From Candidatus Bathyarchaeota archaeon (GTDB lineage Archaea > Thermoproteota > Bathyarchaeia > Bathyarchaeales > DTEX01): 64,000 bases of DNA. The stretch is taken from contig JAGTRG010000001.1 in the NCBI GenBank assembly GCA_018396435.1, forward strand, positions 9,659-73,658, given 5' to 3'. Numbering within the stretch: the first letter of the stretch is position 1; each line of letters opens with the position of its first letter. The notes below the pieces were generated by a model. That model searched no databases. It was not told the DNA's origin and was given only the letters and a program-made list of their open reading frames with translations. Shown here piece by piece: positions 36,579 through 45,744 of the stretch. The translations under genes and the position numbers were made by a program.

Positions 36579-37133
36579 ATGCATGAAGATATGGGGGAAT
36601 TGCCAAAGCGTATCTCAAGCATTCTTAGAAGCGATGAGCGGGTTCTATTGTGGAGGAAGCCTGTTTTTGAATCGTTTATACTGCACCTTGAGCATATGTG
36701 GGGCTTCGTCCTTGTAGGTCTCTTTATTTTTGTGGGCGCTATGGTCAGCATATCCATTGTTCATATACCTATACCCTACGGCTTTCTTGCAATATTCGCA
36801 CTCCAGATCTTTTTCGGACTTTTAATGCTCTTTGGTCCAGTCGCTCGGAATGCCATAGCATACAATAACACATTCTACGTAATAACTGACAGAAGAATTC
36901 TAATTCAAACCGGGGCGATAGGCATTGACACAAGAATAATCGACTTTGACAAAATGCAGGAGATCTACGTGACAGTGGACCTAGTTGACAGGATCTTTGG
37001 AACCGGAAGCATAAAAATATCAACAGCCGCCGGCTGGCCCGAGCATGCCTATATGCCAACGCTTGTTGCGTTACGTAACCCCTATCAAGTTCATGAGGTT
37101 CTCCAAAACGCCATGGAGAAGACTAGGCATTAG
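36579..37133 (+). CDS. Membrane protein with bacterial-type PH domain (YdbS/DUF304-like)
   Basis: Two TM helices followed by FYVITDRRILIQTGAIGIDTRIIDFDKMQEIYV. Confidence 0.6.
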   Translation: MHEDMGELPKRISSILRSDERVLLWRKPVFESFILHLEHMWGFVLVGLFIFVGAMVSISIVHIPIPYGFLAIFALQIFFGLLMLFGPVARNAIAYNNTFYVITDRRILIQTGAIGIDTRIIDFDKMQEIYVTVDLVDRIFGTGSIKISTAAGWPEHAYMPTLVALRNPYQVHEVLQNAMEKTRH

Positions 37134-37199
37134 AGCAAAGCTACATTTTGGGAGTAAAGTTTATCTTAGATTTCCATCATCTGTTATTTCTGGCGATGA

Positions 37200-37440
37200 T
37201 CCGAGGAGCCTTAATCCCGCCGGAACCCTCTAGCCTGTCAGGCTGGGCCCGCAGAGACGGACTCAACCAATATGGATGATAAATCATCCGTATATGAGGG
37301 AGAGTTTACCCAGTTGCGGGACACGGCGGGCGTGGGCGCAAAACTCCACGTATGAGAGAGCCCGTCGGAGGGGAGCGAAGCCCGCTCGTCTGTGAGGTTG
37401 GGTGTTAGTTACGTGGAACACAAGGCGCCCACGATATAAA
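37200..37440 (+). ncRNA. Unassigned structured RNA candidate with two helical domains
   Basis: No credible ORF, and visibly more GC-rich than the flanks. Nested helices: 37216-22/37324-30, 37232-36/37240-44, 37270-79/37284-93 (one U-G pair, possible only on the + strand), 37331-39/37425-33, 37345-52/37410-17. A TATA-like AAGTTTATCT lies at 37157-66 and T-runs follow 37440. Confidence 0.55.
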
Positions 37441-37493
37441 TCTTTAAAAAATTTTGGAAACCAAAAATTTTATCTAGCTTGCCTTAACATTTA

Positions 37494-37856
37494 GTGGATG
37501 CATGCTATAGGGGTGGATATTTGAAGCCCATAATTAGATATGAAAGAGAGATAGAGTCAGGCGGAAGCATGTCCTTTCCAGTGAAGATTCTTCTGTCTAA
37601 AAGCGATACATCGACAGCCAGCGTCAGGCTCAGCATGCTTGATGAAAAAATGAAGATCGATTTGCATGCGCATGATGAATGCGACCAGATGGAGTACTGC
37701 ATTAGGGGCAAAGCCGTAATGTTCATTGAGGGCTTAGGTGAAAAAGAAATACATGAAGGAACATTCACCTATGTTCCTAAAGGCGTAAAACACAGCATAG
37801 TGAAAGTCGTCGAACCATTCGCTGTCCTAACGGTTTTTGTGCCACCGCTCTTCTAA
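37494..37856 (+). CDS. Cupin-domain protein
   Basis: HAHDECDQMEYCIRGKA...YVPKGVKHSI. The ATG at 37569 is an alternative start. Confidence 0.65.
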   Translation: MDACYRGGYLKPIIRYEREIESGGSMSFPVKILLSKSDTSTASVRLSMLDEKMKIDLHAHDECDQMEYCIRGKAVMFIEGLGEKEIHEGTFTYVPKGVKHSIVKVVEPFAVLTVFVPPLF

Positions 37857-37895
37857 AACAGAAAATTGTTAGATAAAGGCTTAGATGTGAGGCAG

Positions 37896-38117
37896 CTAAG
37901 TTCTGGATGCTGAGGCCCTTTCCCTTCCGGCTCTTTCTTCTTGCCCATAAAACGCAGTCCACTTAAGTTTCCGAGGATCACGCCCCAAAACTAGAAAGTT
38001 TTTTCTACACTTACTTGAGCAGAACCACAATATTGTCCCATCATTATTCACATACATTATTCCAGTTCCCTGGTTAAACTCGTGACCGCAAAAGGAGCAG
38101 CGGCGAGGTTTAGGCAT
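37896..38117 (-). CDS. rpl24e: 50S ribosomal protein L24e
   Basis: [37 protein letters not shown]. Confidence 0.92.
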   Translation of the reverse strand: MPKPRRCSFCGHEFNQGTGIMYVNNDGTILWFCSSKCRKNFLVLGRDPRKLKWTAFYGQEERAGRERASASRT

Positions 38118-38173
38118 TTCTCCTCAAATCCCCCGAGGTTCTTTGATTACATGTCAGCGGACATTTCTTCCTT

Positions 38174-38422
38174 CTACTTTATTTTTCTAGCTTCTCTCTC
38201 CGTCTCCCTCAGCATCAATATGTCGCCTAGCCTAATGGGTCCCTTAACGTTCCTGGTTATTATTCGACCCTTATCCGGCCCCTCAAGAACTCGAACCCTA
38301 ACCTGCTCTATTTCGCCGGTTACCCCAGTTCGCCCTATCACCTGAATCACCTCAGCCGGTGTTGGCGCACCCTCCTCAGAAGCCCTCTCTTCCCTAGTTT
38401 CTTTAGTTTCCCTTCTGCTCAA
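38174..38422 (-). CDS. rps28e: 30S ribosomal protein S28e
   Basis: [24 protein letters not shown]...[22 protein letters not shown]. Confidence 0.92.
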   Translation of the reverse strand: MSRRETKETREERASEEGAPTPAEVIQVIGRTGVTGEIEQVRVRVLEGPDKGRIITRNVKGPIRLGDILMLRETEREARKIK

Positions 38423-38427
38423 ATTGC

Positions 38428-38811
38428 TTAGCCTCCCTTAATCTTTTGAATCCTAGTTATGATTTCCCTAATGAGGTCGGCAGCCTCGCCGGCCTCAATT
38501 ATGCATACCGACGCTGCTGGAACCTCTATTCCGACAGCTGAACCCAGCTTAGTTTTGCTTGGCACATACGCATAAGGTATTTTACGTTCATCGCAGAGCA
38601 ATGGGAGATGCGCAACAACCTCAGGTGGGTCAACATCCTCAGCTATTACAACCAGTTTAGCTATTCCTCTCTCCACAGCCTTCGTTGTCTCATTTGTTCC
38701 TTTACGTATTTTGCCGGTTCTAGTAGCTATCTGCACAGCTTCGTAAGTGGCGTTCACAACCTCACTCGGTACCTCAAATTTAACATAGAACGGTTTCGGC
38801 ATATTCATCAC
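38428..38811 (-). CDS. rpl7ae: 50S ribosomal protein L7Ae (K-turn binding)
   Basis: [40 protein letters not shown]. Confidence 0.93.
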   Translation of the reverse strand: MMNMPKPFYVKFEVPSEVVNATYEAVQIATRTGKIRKGTNETTKAVERGIAKLVVIAEDVDPPEVVAHLPLLCDERKIPYAYVPSKTKLGSAVGIEVPAASVCIIEAGEAADLIREIITRIQKIKGG

Positions 38812-39023
38812 TCAACCTCATCAACACATGTCTCGGTTTCATATGTTTATCCCTAAGCTATAAACAATTTCCCTATATACATTACGGTTAAACCTTATAT
38901 AAAAGTTAATTAAATCCAAGCTTTCTTAAGTAATATCGGTGAGCTGCTCAGCCCAGTAATAAGCACATAAAACAGTAGCTTCAAAAATGAATTTGCATGT
39001 TGAACCTGGAAATAAGAGTTCCC

Positions 39024-40301
39024 CTAATTTTCAACCGCCGGTATTACGTAGGGGCCTTCTGGCACAACGGCGATTCTGGAGTTTCTGCCGGCAAGGCGAT
39101 ATGCCTCTTCAAGGGCTTCTTCAGAGTTTGAGGCAGGGATCATATGCATCTCCTCGATTAAACTATGTTTTATATTTTTTGTTACGAGAATAACATTCGT
39201 TTTCTTCAGTATCTGCGCTAATATTTGAGCCTCCCATTGATCCTTAATCGGTTCTTCCCGCCTTATTCTTTCCAATGTTTCTTCAGGGTTTTTTGTTTCA
39301 GCTATAAGCTGATAAAAGTTTTCATGCCCTCTGCCTATTCCATCTATGCATTCGGCGAAAATCACTATTACGCCTCCCCTTCTTACGATTAACTCACCTG
39401 TTGCCATGCCCTTAACTGCCTGATACAGATCTCTATCCAACGGATAGCCGCCGTTACTCGTTATCACTATGTCAGCCCTAGATGGAGACTTAACCTTCAC
39501 ATGCGCGTCTAGGAATTTAACGCCCTCTAGATGGGCCTTAAAAATGTCTCCGGCGAATACCCCGGTAATCTTATGATTTCTATCAATCACAACATTTACT
39601 AAGTATGTTTGCTTAATCATCTTCGCAGCTTCAACCATATCCTCATGTACTGGGTTTCCGCTGAGAACACCGTAGCGTGAAAGCGGATGCATAATCATTT
39701 TGAAGCTATGATTATGGAATATGGATTCTTTCCCAGCAACACCCGGCAGAATCGCTTTTCTCCCACCGCTGTATCCGGCGAAGAAATGCGGCTCAATAAG
39801 CCCTGTAAGCACAACAAGATCCGATTCAACTATAAGCCTATTCACGTAAACTGGTGTTCTAAAGGATGTTTCACCAAGGTAAATGATGCTCTTTTCATCT
39901 TCAGCATCATGATTTATAACCTCAACCTCCTCAAGGGTTTCTCCGCCTAGAAATTCTTTAAGCTCATCTTCTGAGGCTGATTTATGAAGCCCGTAAGCCA
40001 CCAAAATTTTCAATTCATCTGCTCTCCGACCGGCTTTTTTAATAGCATCAATTACTGGCGGTAACAAAATCTTATTCGGCGTCGCCCGCGTGTAGTCGCT
40101 TACAACAACAGTTATCCTGCTTTTTCTAGAGGCAGCCAAGGAGAGCGGATCATCACCTATAGGCGTATTCAACGAGTTTCTAATGGCCTCAGCTTCATTG
40201 ATCACCGGCTTAAAATCAGCAGACCTTAAAATGGCTATTACATTTCCATCCGGCAAATCTACATTGATTGCGCCCTTACCATATTGTACGCTGATGATCA
40301 T
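39024..40301 (-). CDS. larA: LarA-family nickel-pincer-cofactor-dependent racemase/epimerase
   Basis: Colinear with the L. plantarum LarA pattern as I recall it: PIG.D, VVVSDYTRATP, IEPHFFAGYSGGRKAILPG, NGGYPLDRDLYQAVKGM. Confidence 0.75.
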   Translation of the reverse strand: MIISVQYGKGAINVDLPDGNVIAILRSADFKPVINEAEAIRNSLNTPIGDDPLSLAASRKSRITVVVSDYTRATPNKILLPPVIDAIKKAGRRADELKILVAYGLHKSASEDELKEFLGGETLEEVEVINHDAEDEKSIIYLGETSFRTPVYVNRLIVESDLVVLTGLIEPHFFAGYSGGRKAILPGVAGKESIFHNHSFKMIMHPLSRYGVLSGNPVHEDMVEAAKMIKQTYLVNVVIDRNHKITGVFAGDIFKAHLEGVKFLDAHVKVKSPSRADIVITSNGGYPLDRDLYQAVKGMATGELIVRRGGVIVIFAECIDGIGRGHENFYQLIAETKNPEETLERIRREEPIKDQWEAQILAQILKKTNVILVTKNIKHSLIEEMHMIPASNSEEALEEAYRLAGRNSRIAVVPEGPYVIPAVEN

Positions 40302-40366
40302 TTGGTGCTCACGCGCTAAACAAATTGATTCCCCGATTTCGCTGCTCTTTTGGAAAAGGAAAGATA

Positions 40367-40894
40367 TTAGCGTTGTTGAATAGATGAGAACCCTTTGATG
40401 ACGTCGGCAATTATGTCCGCGATTTTTGCAAAAGTCTTCAAGTTAGTTCTTATTGTGAAATCGAAATCTGTTGGATCCACATAATCCTTTCTGAAGAACC
40501 TTTGAACTATGCTATTTCGATCCCTATCGCTTCTTTCAACATCATCTTTTGCCTCATCGATCGGTATGCCCCTTCTGCTGGCAACATGCCTAACTCTCTC
40601 CTCAAACGATGCGTTCAAAAATATCTTTATCAAGTCTTTTCTATCGAGCAAGAAGAAGGCCGATCTGCCCTCAACTATTATGTTGTCTCTCTGCAGAATC
40701 TCCTCAAGCTTATTTTTTATGATCATGTCTAAATCGACTTCGCCGGATCTGCTTAGAACATCAAAATCCCTTATAGCCGTAAGGATTCCGCTCGTATTCA
40801 CTATTTCCAAATTGAATTTTCCGGAGAGTATTTCGGCAACCTCGGTGCATCCCGAGCCCAAATAGCCGCATAAAGCAATCTTCATTTTCTTCAC
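40367..40894 (-). CDS. Cytidylate-kinase-like NMP-kinase-fold protein
   Basis: KIALCGYLGSGCTEVAEIL P-loop-like N-terminus and IIVEGRSAFF. The family assignment is approximate. Confidence 0.45.
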   Translation of the reverse strand: MKKMKIALCGYLGSGCTEVAEILSGKFNLEIVNTSGILTAIRDFDVLSRSGEVDLDMIIKNKLEEILQRDNIIVEGRSAFFLLDRKDLIKIFLNASFEERVRHVASRRGIPIDEAKDDVERSDRDRNSIVQRFFRKDYVDPTDFDFTIRTNLKTFAKIADIIADVIKGFSSIQQR

Positions 40895-40958
40895 AACCCA
40901 TTTAATGCTTCAAATTATAATGTTTTTGACGTTTATATAATAATTTTGCATTAAAAAT

Positions 40959-42737
40959 CTACCTGTGCGTGAAGACCGCCACAATTTTTCCATAAACCCT
41001 TTCAATTCTGGCAAAGCCGAAACGTTCAAACTGCACAATTTTATTTGGAAAAACGCCTCTGAAGTTATCTTCAACTAAACCGTTTACTACAGAGTTATCC
41101 GGCATAATGATCTCGCATGGTAATCCCGTATTCTCCGGAATCCAGTGGATAAGCTGCGCGCCGATTTTTCTCGCTTCACTATACGTTTCGCTGTGGAAAC
41201 TTGAGACCGCATGCTCTTCGCTGATATTTTCAATCTCAATGTTAAATAGCTCCATGAGGCGCACTACAACTTTTGGCTTAAGCATCTTAGCATCTTGACC
41301 AGATATTAGAAAATGCGCTTCACCGTTTACTGGCTTAATCTGGAAGATGCGTTTCCCCCAATTAGGATAGTCTGGGTGTAAAGGTATCTGCGCAATGTAT
41401 TCTTTACTAATATTCTTGACTGTGAGTTCCACCGGGTCCCATATAAAGAAGTATCTTTCGGCTTCACGGTCAATAATTTTCCTATTATATGCGTAGAGGT
41501 TGTCCCAGCTCAACGTTATATCAGCCGGCCTCGGGCCGATCTCAAGTATAAGCCTCCTTATGGCCTCCGGCTTTATGCCCCTGCGCCTCAGGGCTAGGAA
41601 AGTTGCCAGCCTAGGATCATCCCAACCAGCGTATAATCCTTCTCGGACTCCGCGTAGAATCTTGGATTTGCTAAGCGAGGCGCCTTCAATTTTAAGCCTT
41701 CCGTAATGTATCGCTTCAGGATATTCCCATCCTAGGTGGCGGTATAAATATTTCTGTCTTTCCTGGTTGGTCAGATGCTCCTTTCCGCGTATAATATGCG
41801 TTATGCCGATCAGGTGGTCATCCACGCCGCATGCGAAGTTATAGAGCGGCCAAACCCTATATTTTGAGCCAACCCTTGGATGCGGATGCCTCTTGGCATC
41901 TATAATTCTAAAGGCCGGCCAGTCTCTAACAGCCGGATTGGGGTGATCTAAATCGGTTTTTATCCGCATCACAGCCTCCCCCTCAGCGTAGGTTCCATTC
42001 AGCATTGCTTCCCATCGACGTATGTTCTCCTCGGGTTTAAGGCTTCGACAAGGGCAAGGCTCGCCGGCTCTAATCCTTTTACGGGTTTCATCAGTTGGGC
42101 ATGTGCAAATGTATGCATAGCCATCATTGAGCATTTTCTCAGCATAATCATAATATATTTCAATTCGATCGCTCTGAACATACTCCTCGTCTGGATGGCA
42201 GCCCAGCCAATCAAGATCATCCCTAATTAGGTCCATGAATTGTAATGAGGACTTCTTCAGCCTTGGATCTGTATCCTCAAATCTCAGTATGAACCGCCCG
42301 CGATACATTCTTGCATATTCATGGCTTAGAATTATCGCCCGCGCTGAGCCTAAATGTAATACGCAGTCGGGGTTGGGTGCGAAGCGTGTTGTAACGCGCT
42401 CATATTTCTCAATGTTTGGTAACGGTGGAAGAACCTTTTCTTCAGCCTTTCCCCTCACTCTTTCCCTCGCAAGCGCCCCCGGCCATGAATCCCCAACTAT
42501 CCTTATCTGCTCCTCAATAGGGATTTCATTAACTTCCTCAACTATCTCATCCACTAATCTGATAACTTCTTTAATTATGCTTTTGAGCTCAGGCTTTTCA
42601 CCTAGAAGCTTACCTAAAACAGGTTTACTTTGCGCCTTCCCATCATGGGATAAGGCGTTTAATAGGGCTAATCTCCGTATTTCTTCTTTAACGGAATCTA
42701 GGTTACTTGTTGGAACGCTCAAGCGGCGGCGCCTCAC
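40959..42737 (-). CDS. gltX: Glutamate--tRNA ligase (archaeal type)
   Basis: RFAPNPDCVLHLGSARA (HIGH-like), ILRFEDTDP, LSKSK (KMSKS-like). GTG start. Confidence 0.9.
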   Translation of the reverse strand: MRRRRLSVPTSNLDSVKEEIRRLALLNALSHDGKAQSKPVLGKLLGEKPELKSIIKEVIRLVDEIVEEVNEIPIEEQIRIVGDSWPGALARERVRGKAEEKVLPPLPNIEKYERVTTRFAPNPDCVLHLGSARAIILSHEYARMYRGRFILRFEDTDPRLKKSSLQFMDLIRDDLDWLGCHPDEEYVQSDRIEIYYDYAEKMLNDGYAYICTCPTDETRKRIRAGEPCPCRSLKPEENIRRWEAMLNGTYAEGEAVMRIKTDLDHPNPAVRDWPAFRIIDAKRHPHPRVGSKYRVWPLYNFACGVDDHLIGITHIIRGKEHLTNQERQKYLYRHLGWEYPEAIHYGRLKIEGASLSKSKILRGVREGLYAGWDDPRLATFLALRRRGIKPEAIRRLILEIGPRPADITLSWDNLYAYNRKIIDREAERYFFIWDPVELTVKNISKEYIAQIPLHPDYPNWGKRIFQIKPVNGEAHFLISGQDAKMLKPKVVVRLMELFNIEIENISEEHAVSSFHSETYSEARKIGAQLIHWIPENTGLPCEIIMPDNSVVNGLVEDNFRGVFPNKIVQFERFGFARIERVYGKIVAVFTHR

Positions 42738-42760
42738 AGAAGATTAAAGATTTAGAAGCA

Positions 42761-43840
42761 TTAAATCTTCCTCTGGATTAAATATTCGGCAAGCATCTTA
42801 ATTTTCTCCTTCGCCTCGGAGGGAGGGAGGATCTTCTCAATTTCCCTCCAGCTTTCCTCAACAATCCTCGCCGCTGTTGTCTTAGCATATTCGATGGCGC
42901 CATATTTCCTCATTATTTCCACGGCTTTTCTCTTAAGATTCTCATCCCTCGTGTGCATGCCAAGTATTTTTAGCAGTTCCTTCCTATCATCCTGCGCGGC
43001 GTTCTGGAGGGTATATATGACCATTAGGGTTAGTTTGCCCTCAGTTATATCCATTCCAAGCCCGCCTTTACCTTTGGCAAACTCTTCACCAGCAATGTCC
43101 AGTATGTCATCTTGTATTTGGAAGGCAACACCGATTGATTCAGCAAATCTACCTATCTTCTCAACCGTATCATTGCTGGCGCCAGCTAATGCTGCAGCCA
43201 TCTTAGCAGCCATCCTCGCAAGCGTCCCTGTTTTATAGGCACACATCTGAAGGTAATTTTCCTCAACGATTTCATCTGCTGGAACTAGCCCTTTATGCCA
43301 CGCTATGTCTATTGCCTGCCCGAGGCTTAAGTTTATCATCTCCTGAACATATACTTCATATATCTGCCTAGTCCTATCCTGGGGGATAGCATCCCCTTTT
43401 TCGCTGAGAACTATCATGGGCAGAAAATACATGGCTTGAGAGAGATTTATGGCTACATCAACACCGAATATTTTATATGTGCATGGTTTACCCCTTCTCA
43501 TTTCAGACGAGTCCTCAATATCATCGGCTATCAGGGTTCCATTATGAATAACTTCAGGTATTATGGCGAAGTCTAGTGCCTCCGAGGGTTCTCCGCCTAA
43601 AGCCTCATATATGAGTAGGAAGAGCGCAGGCCTCCATCTTTTGCCGCCTCTACCCAGAAATTCCCATAAAGGCCCACTTATAGATCTGTTTACGGCCTCT
43701 AGGTCTAATCGATATTTCGGTGGTACAATTCTGAAAAGTAGCGATTTATCCGTAAATCTTCTTGGTATATACTTCTCAATGCGCTCATCTACCAATTTAG
43801 CATAACTCTCAAGGATCTCCTCGACATTCTTTCCGCTCAT
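42761..43840 (-). CDS. idsA: Geranylgeranyl diphosphate synthase (trans-prenyltransferase)
   Basis: First Asp-rich motif LIADDIEDSS, second FQIQDDILD. It overlaps the idi2 stop by 4 nt. Confidence 0.85.
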   Translation of the reverse strand: MSGKNVEEILESYAKLVDERIEKYIPRRFTDKSLLFRIVPPKYRLDLEAVNRSISGPLWEFLGRGGKRWRPALFLLIYEALGGEPSEALDFAIIPEVIHNGTLIADDIEDSSEMRRGKPCTYKIFGVDVAINLSQAMYFLPMIVLSEKGDAIPQDRTRQIYEVYVQEMINLSLGQAIDIAWHKGLVPADEIVEENYLQMCAYKTGTLARMAAKMAAALAGASNDTVEKIGRFAESIGVAFQIQDDILDIAGEEFAKGKGGLGMDITEGKLTLMVIYTLQNAAQDDRKELLKILGMHTRDENLKRKAVEIMRKYGAIEYAKTTAARIVEESWREIEKILPPSEAKEKIKMLAEYLIQRKI

Positions 43841-44940
43841 CTTTTAGGTTTCCTCCTAGCGTAAATTTCCGGATTAAAGCCTCTGGCTTTAAGCCACTCA
43901 GCGGTTCTGCCCAATATAACTAACGGAGCTTCCCTTAACTCCCCTATCGACGCAGCCCCGGCGAGAAACATGATGTTCTTCAAATGTTCTATGAGTGAGC
44001 GCAGGGTCTTTGTGACATCTTCATAACCTCTAGACGCAGATATCAGTATTGGGCGGGCTAACCCGGCCATTGATGCCCCTAGGGCTATAGCCTTCGCCAC
44101 ATCTAATCCGGATCTCAAGCCGCCTGACGCTATTACTGGTAAATCAACTGATTGGGCAACCTCAACTAGGCTTATGGCGGTTGGTATCCCCCAATCCCAA
44201 AGCAGTAAACCTAGATCCCGCCCGAAAGCGTCTCCCCGCTCCACGGCCCTATAATATTCAACGGCAGCCCAGCTTGTTCCGCCCGCCCCAGCAACATCTA
44301 TGCATGCAACCCCCGCCTCCTTAAGACTTCTTGCAGCCTCAGCTGATATCCCCGAGCCGGTCTCCTTAACAATTACCGGAACATCCAACTTTTCCACCAG
44401 CCTCCTTATATTATCTATGACCCCAGAATACACCTTTTCTCCCTCAGGCTGAATTGCCTCCTGAAGCGGGTTCAAATGTATTGCCAGGGCATCGGCATTA
44501 ATCATTTCAACCACCCTACTTATCTTATTAATATCGCATTCCCCCGCGATTTGGGGGCCGCCAATATTTGATATTATAAACGCCTTCGGAGCCTTCTCCC
44601 TAACGGCTGCGAATGTTTTTTCCATCTCTGGGTTTTCTAGGGCTGCACGTTGACTTCCAACACCCATCCCTAAACCCAGCTCCTCAACGGCCTGGGCTAT
44701 CGCAGAGTTTATCTCAAGAGCCTTTGATGTTCCACCGGTCATGCCCTCAACTATTATTGGAGCCGAGAATCTGTGGTTAAGGAATATTGTTTCAGTTTTC
44801 ACATCGCTTAGATTCAACTCTGGCAACGCCTGATGTATCAGGAAGACTTCTTCAAAGCCCGTTGTTATCCTTCTTGCCTCAACATTCTTTTCTAGGCAGA
44901 TTCTTAAATGATCCTCTTTTCTACTTCTTGTTATGTCGAT
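43837..44940 (-). CDS. fni: Isopentenyl-diphosphate delta-isomerase type 2 (FMN-dependent), start codon unresolved
   Basis: MTGG, VGSQR and the TIM-barrel pattern. The conserved N-terminal SRKEDHLRICLEKNVE...FEEVFLIHQALPE lies upstream of the first in-frame TTG (44826). The frame is open to 44940 with no ATG/GTG/TTG. Confidence 0.85.
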   Translation of the reverse strand: MDITRSRKEDHLRICLEKNVEARRITTGFEEVFLIHQALPELNLSDVKTETIFLNHRFSAPIIVEGMTGGTSKALEINSAIAQAVEELGLGMGVGSQRAALENPEMEKTFAAVREKAPKAFIISNIGGPQIAGECDINKISRVVEMINADALAIHLNPLQEAIQPEGEKVYSGVIDNIRRLVEKLDVPVIVKETGSGISAEAARSLKEAGVACIDVAGAGGTSWAAVEYYRAVERGDAFGRDLGLLLWDWGIPTAISLVEVAQSVDLPVIASGGLRSGLDVAKAIALGASMAGLARPILISASRGYEDVTKTLRSLIEHLKNIMFLAGAASIGELREAPLVILGRTAEWLKARGFNPEIYARRKPKR

Positions 44941-44946
44941 TCATCT

Positions 44947-45744
44947 TCACCCCTTAACGATCCTAGTTCCCATAACATTTTTCCCGGATAATGCCCTGCA
45001 AATGTTGCCGGGTTTCAGCGCGTTCACAATCAATACTTCAATACCTTTCATAACTGGTAAAGTTAACTCAAAAATTTTCCCCCTCATCCCACCGGTTACA
45101 TCAATAGCCCTGGAGCCGCTGACCCCTCCGACTAGTTTTTCAAGATCCTCAAGAGTAGCATGCTCAACAAGCTGAGCTGAGGGACTGGTTTTTGGGTCGG
45201 AAGTGTAGAGTCCGTCCACATCCACGCCCACGATCACTTTTTCAGCGCCTAATTTAACAGCCAAAACAGAGATTAACTGGTCTCCGGAGAGTATTGCAAA
45301 GCCTCTATCATGATCAAGCACTGAGTCGCCGTATGAAACCGGTATGAAGCCCATGCTAATGGCATGCGTCATTATGTCTAGGGGGAGATCATGTATTCTT
45401 CCATTCTTGGTTATGATAAATGAGGAGGGCGGTATGCTGAGGGCTGGAAGCCCCTTACCTATTAATGACTCGACAATAAGCTTGTTCAATGAAACCATGG
45501 CATTGTGGGTTTCGGAAAAGCCTATTAGCTGATGTTTGCCTTTAAAGCCCTCGGCAATCTTATACTTAGCGGCTATTGAATGCCCATAACTTCCACCGCC
45601 GTGAACGATCACTAGATGAGAGACTTTGGAGTCCGCTATCTCCCCAGCCAGCCTATCAATCGCCTCGGTATTCGGCGTTAAAACCTTATCCTTCACAGTT
45701 ATTACTGAGCCGCCCAGCTTAAGCATTACGGGTTTACTCTTCAA
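44947..45744 (-). CDS. ipk: Isopentenyl phosphate kinase
   Basis: Amino-acid-kinase fold: MLKLGGSVIT...VIVHGGGSYGH. Confidence 0.85.
   Translation of the reverse strand: MKSKPVMLKLGGSVITVKDKVLTPNTEAIDRLAGEIADSKVSHLVIVHGGGSYGHSIAAKYKIAEGFKGKHQLIGFSETHNAMVSLNKLIVESLIGKGLPALSIPPSSFIITKNGRIHDLPLDIMTHAISMGFIPVSYGDSVLDHDRGFAILSGDQLISVLAVKLGAEKVIVGVDVDGLYTSDPKTSPSAQLVEHATLEDLEKLVGGVSGSRAIDVTGGMRGKIFELTLPVMKGIEVLIVNALKPGNICRALSGKNVMGTRIVKG

Noticed and set aside
37200-37440. Assigning the structured RNA as RNase P RNA, SRP RNA or a multi-hairpin H/ACA sRNA.
   Set aside because: RNase P: domain 1 has a P1-P2-P3-P4-like pseudoknot order, but the near-universal GGAAAGUCC (CR-I) and ACAGAA..GGCUUA (CR-V) strings are absent, and an extra 3' domain exists. 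SRP: there is no long 5'/3' helix 5 and no clean GNAR helix 6/8 pair. H/ACA: the domains are about 105 nt each, and only a weak AUA box follows domain 2. The RNA is left unassigned.
42235-42747. 170-aa ORF on the + strand.
   Set aside because: It is entirely antisense to the well-supported gltX. The sequence is Ser/Leu-rich and low-complexity, typical of shadow ORFs.
44938-44949. ipk and idi2 share a reading frame separated only by TGA-AGA-TGA, considered as possible stop-codon read-through or TGA recoding that would give an IPK-IDI2 fusion.
   Set aside because: TGA is used as an ordinary terminator by other genes in this window (for example pheT, rpl10e, radA's upstream ORF). Double read-through would be required, and no SECIS-like element was evident.
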